A stretch of DNA of 12,256 nt from Myxococcota bacterium (GTDB lineage Bacteria; Myxococcota_A; UBA796; GCA-2862545), in NCBI GenBank assembly GCA_039208735.1, contig JBCCQY010000217.1, forward strand, positions 1-12,256. Direction: 5' to 3'. The notes under the pieces are model-generated. The model searched no databases and was not told the DNA's origin. It worked only from the letters and a program-made list of their open reading frames with translations. Below, piece by piece: positions 6,965 through 12,256 of the stretch (positions are counted from its first letter, which is position 1; each line of letters opens with the position of its first letter). The position numbers and the translations under genes are program-made.

Positions 6965-9900
6965 GTCGCCTATCCATCCTCGCTCGGGAAGCGCTCAACG
7001 AGCTAAGACAAGGCCTGATGACCCCAACGGTCTGGCTCCTGATGGCCCTGTTGGCTGGCTATCAGGTCCTCTTGCTATCGAGCGCCCGGTACCTCCGCGA
7101 ATTGTCTGCCGTCGAGGTCGCCCGCAACGCTCCCAGTGTCGTGTACTTGCTCACTGCAGGACAGACGTTCTGGTTGCTCATTGTCTGGGCATGGGTCTTC
7201 GCTCAACCGGTGTTGCGGGATCAACACGCCCGCATCAACGAAATGGTGTATGCGACGCCCATCCCTGTTCAGCAACTGCTGCTCGCACGGTACCTTGGAG
7301 CCGTAGGTTTAGCCTTGGTTATTGGTGTCTCGGCTCCCGTCGGAATTGCCGTTTTGGAGCCTCTGGCGGCGTTGGGGTTGTTCCCTTCCGAAGCGCTGAT
7401 GCCCACGCCCTGGTGGGCGCTGGGACAGGCTTGGCTGGTCTTTGTCGTCATCTCGGCGTTCGGCCTTGGTGCGGGTTTTCTTGCTGCGTCGATCCGAACT
7501 CGAAGCGTCGCGGGACCGTTTGCGCTCTCGACGGTTCTTCTGATGTTGTGGATTGCCGCAATCGTGTTCGTGAAGGGAGCCGGAGTCGATCCTTTCCTGG
7601 CTGGGATCCTAGATCCTTCTGGCTATGCGGAGGCGGAGACCCAGGTCTTCGACTGGACGCCTCACGAAAAGGCCACCTCATGGATCGGGCTGACGCCGGC
7701 GCTGTGGATCAACCGCATTCTATGGTTCTTGATTCCGGTAACAGCATTGGGCGTGGTGTTGGGAACCACGACTCGTGAGCACCTGACCGTCGGTTCCTCC
7801 GCACCCCGGCTGGCGGACCCAACCGATGTCGCCGCACCACTTGGCCGTGCGCCTCAGAGGCCTGTCGCCACCTCATGGCCGGTCGCCCTCGTGACCGAGG
7901 CGCGTTGGCAACTCGCTCGCTCCGTAAATGGACCGCGACTGTGGGTGATTGCCATGATGTTCCTGCTGATTTGTATCGGGGGAGCGTTCGGCCGTATCAT
8001 CGGCGACGCCGAAGGTCCCCTTCTACCCCGTCCCGAACTGGTTTCTCCGCTGCTCGTCAACTTCTTCTACCTCATCGTGTCGTTCATAGTAATCGCCGCC
8101 GTCGGCAGTGTTTTGCGTCGGGATGAAGTCGAGGGTTTCGAACAGATCCTGGATGCTTGTCCGGCACCGGATGGCCTGCGTTTGGCAGCGAACATGGGGG
8201 TCAGCTTTATTCTCGTCGCAGGGGTGGCCACGATTCCGGCCATCGCGGCAATGCTGTTGAACCTTGCCTGGGTACCCGATGCCCTGTCGCCGTTCACACC
8301 GTGGCTCTACCAGTTCGGGGTGTTCGGGCCTGCCATCATGGAAGTCACTGCGTTTGCAGTCCTGGCGCACGCGGCCATTCGACGAGCGGGACTTGCCTAC
8401 GCGTTGTCGGCCGTTGCGGTGTTCGTCTCTGCAATCAATCTCGAATTGGGGCTCGTAGAGTATCCTCCTTTCGAGTTTGGTATGCCTGCTCATCTCGAGT
8501 TGTCCGTTCTCACGGGATGGGCCCCATGGGTGGACAGAGTCGGGCTCGTTGCGCTGTCCAAGCTCGTGATGGCGACCACGCTTGTGATCGGGGGAAGCCT
8601 GCTCTTGCGTCGAGGGGTCCAACGTGAGTTTGCGTCGCGCCTGACGGATGTCGTGAGCCGACTACGAACGTGGCGAGGCCTCGCCCTTGCCGGGGCACTA
8701 GCCTCTACGATGGCATTTTTCGCCATGCAGTACCATCGGTACGTGACCATCGGAACGTACGCATCGACGCTGGATGACCTACAGTCGGATGCGCTCTGGG
8801 AGAGAACGGTGCTCCCCTTTGGGGCGCCGTGGTCGGTCGATGGCGGTGACCTTCGGCTTGAGGTCACACCCGGAGGAGCGATTCACGGTACCTGGACGCT
8901 TTGTGGCCTTCGGTCCGACAACGGGCACATCGTGGCTTCGTTGCCCGAAGGATTCCGACTGCAACGGGTGCGAAGGGATGGCGTGGTTGTGCCCCCAACG
9001 CTCGCTGCGGACTCGCTTGTGATCTCGCTCGCAGACTCGCTGCCACATCAGGTGGACCTCGAATGGAGCATTGCAAACGAGGGTTGGTCGGCAGATGACA
9101 CGCACTGGTCGACGTCACGTGGAGTCTGGCTGCGGGGTCGCCACGTGGTTCCGCGCCTTGGCGTGGATCGAGAACGCATCGTTCGGGCTCCCCAGGACCG
9201 CCGCGACCAGGCTCTCCCGGTTTCGATTCCCGATGTGGACGCTCGAGCAACCACCGCGATGGATGGAGTCGCTCCGCCGGGGGACTGGCATTGGTCGGTG
9301 GAGATCAGGGCCCCGCAAGGCACCGTGACCCAACATCGCACGAGCGGCCCCCTCGATATCGCAGCCTTCTGGAGTCCGCAGCTGATTGCGAGTCGAGTGG
9401 GTGACAAAACGGTGTTTAGCCATGAGCACTATTCCGCAGCGGCCCTGGAGATCGGTGGAGATGTCGCGGCGGTCGAAGCATGGCTGGCGGAACGGCTGCC
9501 TGGCCTCGAACGTGTTGATAGCGTGGTTCAAACACCCAGAGGATGGGGAGAACCCGTGTTGGTGGGAGGGATCCTCCTTCTCCCTGAAGATCACGGCTGG
9601 GATGTTGGTCCGTCGGGCCCTGGGCGCACGAAACGTCGGGCCCGCATCGGACATGCGATTGCACGCAGCGCCGTCATGGAGCGTACCGGTCTACGGAACG
9701 AGCGAGGAGCGATCTGGTTGTCCGATGGGCTACCCGGTGCTCTGGGACTTCTCGCGGTGGAGGAACTCGATGGCTCGGATGCGTTCGAGGCCCTTCTGGA
9801 CCGACGGGCTCAGGAGATCACCCAAACCATCGCGGCCAGTCCCGTACCGATCGCATCCGTGGCCGACGCCCCCGCCGACAGTTGGGTCAAGCCCTACACC

Positions 9901-10209
9901 TCTATCGCTGCGCTGCATTGGGCAGACCAGTTGGATGCCTCGGCGCTGGAGCACATGCTCGAACGGGCCACGCGTAGCCTGAGAGTTGGTCTGCCAGCTT
10001 CCTTCTGGAATGCTCCTCGTAGGTCCGACCTCCAGCTATCGGCAAACGGAACCATCGAGGGGCTGCGCAGGGCTTGGGCCGATGGCGGTTGGACCGTGCG
10101 CGCTGGGTCGGTGGAACCATGGCGGGTCAGTGACGGTCTTTGGCTTGATGCATGGCCGTCCTACGAGAAAACACCTTCCGACAATCGAGAGAACTCGACG
10201 TCGAATTGA
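6961..10209 (+). CDS. ABC-2-type double permease fused to a degenerate M1-aminopeptidase-like extracytoplasmic domain
   Basis: About 590 aa of multi-TM region with two repeats of an RD...E...(Y/D)A(T/C)P motif (LRDQHARINEMVYATP and LRRDEVEGFEQILDACP), then a ~490-aa soluble domain. Landmarks in that domain (ALWER, PRLG...RRDQALP, HAIAR-x19-D in GAIWLSDGL, terminal LDAW...SDN) match my recollection of the ABC permease/M1 aminopeptidase fusion family. Translationally coupled to the ABC ATPase. Confidence 0.82.
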   Translation: MSRLSILAREALNELRQGLMTPTVWLLMALLAGYQVLLLSSARYLRELSAVEVARNAPSVVYLLTAGQTFWLLIVWAWVFAQPVLRDQHARINEMVYATPIPVQQLLLARYLGAVGLALVIGVSAPVGIAVLEPLAALGLFPSEALMPTPWWALGQAWLVFVVISAFGLGAGFLAASIRTRSVAGPFALSTVLLMLWIAAIVFVKGAGVDPFLAGILDPSGYAEAETQVFDWTPHEKATSWIGLTPALWINRILWFLIPVTALGVVLGTTTREHLTVGSSAPRLADPTDVAAPLGRAPQRPVATSWPVALVTEARWQLARSVNGPRLWVIAMMFLLICIGGAFGRIIGDAEGPLLPRPELVSPLLVNFFYLIVSFIVIAAVGSVLRRDEVEGFEQILDACPAPDGLRLAANMGVSFILVAGVATIPAIAAMLLNLAWVPDALSPFTPWLYQFGVFGPAIMEVTAFAVLAHAAIRRAGLAYALSAVAVFVSAINLELGLVEYPPFEFGMPAHLELSVLTGWAPWVDRVGLVALSKLVMATTLVIGGSLLLRRGVQREFASRLTDVVSRLRTWRGLALAGALASTMAFFAMQYHRYVTIGTYASTLDDLQSDALWERTVLPFGAPWSVDGGDLRLEVTPGGAIHGTWTLCGLRSDNGHIVASLPEGFRLQRVRRDGVVVPPTLAADSLVISLADSLPHQVDLEWSIANEGWSADDTHWSTSRGVWLRGRHVVPRLGVDRERIVRAPQDRRDQALPVSIPDVDARATTAMDGVAPPGDWHWSVEIRAPQGTVTQHRTSGPLDIAAFWSPQLIASRVGDKTVFSHEHYSAAALEIGGDVAAVEAWLAERLPGLERVDSVVQTPRGWGEPVLVGGILLLPEDHGWDVGPSGPGRTKRRARIGHAIARSAVMERTGLRNERGAIWLSDGLPGALGLLAVEELDGSDAFEALLDRRAQEITQTIAASPVPIASVADAPADSWVKPYTSIAALHWADQLDASALEHMLERATRSLRVGLPASFWNAPRRSDLQLSANGTIEGLRRAWADGGWTVRAGSVEPWRVSDGLWLDAWPSYEKTPSDNRENSTSN

Positions 10210-10224
10210 GGCGGCCGGTGTCCC

Positions 10225-10242
10225 AAAAGATGCGGGGCATCT
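10225..10242 (-). terminator. Possible weak intrinsic terminator after the TetR gene, between convergent genes
   Basis: The minus strand reads (A)GATGC-CCC-GCATC-TTTT just after the TAG at 10248-10250. The stem is short and there are only four U residues. Confidence 0.35.
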
Positions 10243-10247
10243 GTCAC

Positions 10248-10880
10248 CTATTCGGGATCGGCACGTCCATTCCTTCGTTCGATCTCTTCGAGCGCTCTTT
10301 CGGTAAGGATCCCCCGGAAGAGCACCTGCAAGCCCTGATCGATGTAGAGTTCGGCGAGCCCCTCTAGGGGCCGGGTTTGCTCGGCTCGTTCCCAGAAGCC
10401 TACGAGCATCGTGTCGATCATCACGAGCACCACATCAATGTGGAGTTCCGGCCGAAGCACTCCTGCAGACTGCGCTCGTAGGATTTGCTGGCGGACTTTT
10501 TCACGAAGGGCGTCGCTCTCCTCCGGTTTGGCAAGCCTCCCCTCTAGACGTTCCCACATCAAGAACCGCACCGACAGCCGATTGTGCCGCAGCCAATCGA
10601 ACATGGTCGTCAGGCCTGCGGTAAACAGCCCGGTGTCTTCCGGATCGCGATCCCACTGCGCAGCCTGAGTGACCTCATAATCGGCAACCGCTCGTCTCAC
10701 GACCGCCTGGTACAGGCTGTCCTTTGAACCAAAGTAGTGATGGATCAAGCCCTTGTTGAGTTCGGCGGTCTGCGCGACTTTGCGGATGGTCGTCGCACGG
10801 AATCCGAACGCCGCGAAGCATTCTTCCGCGGCATCCAGAATGGCTTCTCGGGTGAGTTGCGCTTGCTCGGCTCGCGACAC
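10248..10880 (-). CDS. TetR/AcrR family transcriptional regulator
   Basis: N-terminal HTH TREAILDAAEECFAAFGFRATTIRKVAQTAELNKGLIHHYFGSKDSLYQAVV; 210 aa; C-terminal AQSAGVLRPEL typical of TetR ligand-binding domains. GTG start with only a weak RBS. Confidence 0.95.
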   Translation of the reverse strand: MSRAEQAQLTREAILDAAEECFAAFGFRATTIRKVAQTAELNKGLIHHYFGSKDSLYQAVVRRAVADYEVTQAAQWDRDPEDTGLFTAGLTTMFDWLRHNRLSVRFLMWERLEGRLAKPEESDALREKVRQQILRAQSAGVLRPELHIDVVLVMIDTMLVGFWERAEQTRPLEGLAELYIDQGLQVLFRGILTERALEEIERRNGRADPE

Positions 10881-10893
10881 ACCCGACCTGTAT

Positions 10894-10927
10894 CACACGG
10901 CTCGAAACGTTCGGCGCGAGCCGCGTG
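10894..10927. promoter_or_regulatory. 11-bp inverted repeat upstream of the TetR gene (candidate operator or RNA hairpin)
   Basis: CACACGGCTCG (10894-10904), 12-nt spacer, CGAGCCGCGTG (10917-10927). The single mismatch is a G.U pair on the minus-strand RNA. It ends 13 nt before the GTG start. Confidence 0.5.
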
Positions 10928-10995
10928 GCCTGGCCTCACGAAGGTTCCAGAGACCGCCGGCACAAGGGTCGGCGGACGGATTGAGCCGAGAAGAC

Positions 10996-12256
10996 CTACT
11001 TCGCAGCGGCGGACCGTTCCTTGGGCGTGGCGTCCAAGCGCCCAGCAACCCAGTCCATCAGGCCAACCAAGTCATCGAGGATGGTGTAGAGCGGTGGACC
11101 CAGCAGCAAGATCGCCGCTGTTGCGAACAGCACTCCGAAACCCAACGAGATCGCCATCGGAATGAGGAACCGAGCCTGAACACTGGTCTCGAGGATCATG
11201 GGGGCCAGACCGAAGAACGTCGTGAGCGAGGTGAGCAAGATCGGTCGCAGGCGTCGTACTCCACCTTGTTTGGCCGCCTCAGGGGCTGGCATGCCACCGT
11301 CTCGGTACTTGTTGATCGCATCGATCATGACCAGACTGTCATTCACCACCACGCCAGCTAGCGCGACGATCCCAAACCCGCTGATGATCGACATTTCGTA
11401 GCCCATCACGAGGTGGCCCAGAACCGCGCCGACGAAGCCCATCGGAATCGCCGCCATGACGATCACCGGCTGGATGTAGCTTCGAAAGGGGATGGCGAGC
11501 ATTGCGTACATCACGACGAGGGCAAGGAGGAAGTTGAGACCCAGGGAGCCAAGGACCTCCGCCTGCTCGCGCTGTTCACCAGCGAAATCGACGACAATGC
11601 CAGGGTACTTGCTCCGCAGTCGTGGAAAGAGATCGGTGGTGAGAGACTCGATGATCGAGGCCGAACTCTTCGCGGTTGGAGCAAGCTCCGCCCGAACATT
11701 CACGATGCGCCGACCGTCTTCGCGCGTGATGGTCGTCGGCGCTCGACCGCGCTCCGCGACGGCCACCTGGCTTAGCGGCACGTAGCTCCCTGACGGGGTG
11801 CGAATCCGGAGCCGCTCGAGATGATACTCGCTCTCACGCTGCTCCCTGGGCAATCGCACCATGACCTTCAGCTCGTTCCGGCCGCGTTGCTCCCGCAGCG
11901 CCTCCGAACCAAAGAAGGCTGCACGAAGCTGCCGAGCGACGTCATTGCCGGTCAGCCCGAGCGTCGCCGCCTGGGGCAGCAACTGGTAGTCCAGCTGAGG
12001 CTTGCCGAGCGAAACCGTGTTCTCAAAGTCCGTCAGCCCGTTGTAGGTCCGCAATACGCTCATCACTTCATTGGAGACCTCCTTGAGGATGTCGTCGTCG
12101 GGGTGGGAGATCAGCACGTCGACCGCTGCCCCGGAGCCCGGCAGCCCCGAAGACGAGAACGTCAGCGACTCGAGACCGGCCAGCTGAGGCATTTGGGCGG
12201 ACCAGAGGTTGGAGAATTCCTGCGACGAGAGATTTCGTTCTCCAGTGGGGACCAGC
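10996..12256 (-). CDS. RND efflux transporter, AcrB/HAE1-like (copy 2; 5' part lies outside the window)
   Basis: The frame stays open from the window edge (LVPTGERNLSSQEFSNLWSAQM..., matching LTPAGERSLTSQQFADLWAAEM of copy 1) to TAG at 10996-10998, so ATG 12192 is internal. Contains GVVVNDSLVMID and RLRPILLTSLTTFFGLAPM. Confidence 0.95.
   Translation of the reverse strand, partial: LVPTGERNLSSQEFSNLWSAQMPQLAGLESLTFSSSGLPGSGAAVDVLISHPDDDILKEVSNEVMSVLRTYNGLTDFENTVSLGKPQLDYQLLPQAATLGLTGNDVARQLRAAFFGSEALREQRGRNELKVMVRLPREQRESEYHLERLRIRTPSGSYVPLSQVAVAERGRAPTTITREDGRRIVNVRAELAPTAKSSASIIESLTTDLFPRLRSKYPGIVVDFAGEQREQAEVLGSLGLNFLLALVVMYAMLAIPFRSYIQPVIVMAAIPMGFVGAVLGHLVMGYEMSIISGFGIVALAGVVVNDSLVMIDAINKYRDGGMPAPEAAKQGGVRRLRPILLTSLTTFFGLAPMILETSVQARFLIPMAISLGFGVLFATAAILLLGPPLYTILDDLVGLMDWVAGRLDATPKERSAAAK

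Noticed and set aside
223..11785. Numerous short overlapping or antisense ORFs in the six-frame track
   Set aside because: They are Arg/Ser/Pro-rich with no recognisable motifs and overlap well-supported genes, as expected in GC-rich DNA.
10996..12256. RND2 as an assembly duplication, or as a truncated 398-aa protein or pseudogene
   Set aside because: About 24% amino-acid divergence plus synonymous changes exclude a copy artefact. The frame is open to the window edge with continued homology.
1..12256. CRISPR arrays, IS or transposase genes, integrases, tRNA/rRNA; inverted RND copies as transposon ends
   Set aside because: No spaced direct repeats, recombinase motifs, terminal repeats or RNA-gene signatures were seen. 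Intergenic gaps between genes are all under 120 nt.

Overview
GC-rich bacterial (diderm) window devoted entirely to transport. The + strand carries a closely linked five-gene run: a TolC/NodT-family outer-membrane factor, an RND periplasmic adaptor, an AcrB-like RND transporter, an ABC ATPase, and a 1082-aa double ABC-2-type permease fused to a C-terminal M1-aminopeptidase-like domain. The - strand, pointing toward that run, carries the 3' part of a second RND transporter followed by a TetR-family regulator. The second RND is about 76% identical to the first over 398 gap-free residues (hand count). The most notable signal is that the M1-like domain appears catalytically dead: the HExxH-x19-E position reads HAIAR-x19-D, while the partner ATPase keeps all its motifs. 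This suggests an ABC/pseudo-peptidase module linked to duplicated RND pumps. Other oddities are an RSAAAK C-terminus shared by both RNDs, a Cys-pair loop and missing lipobox in the outer-membrane factor, and several intergenic inverted repeats. No RNA genes, CRISPR arrays or mobile elements were recognised. Family assignments come from motif recognition by eye; no database search was run.
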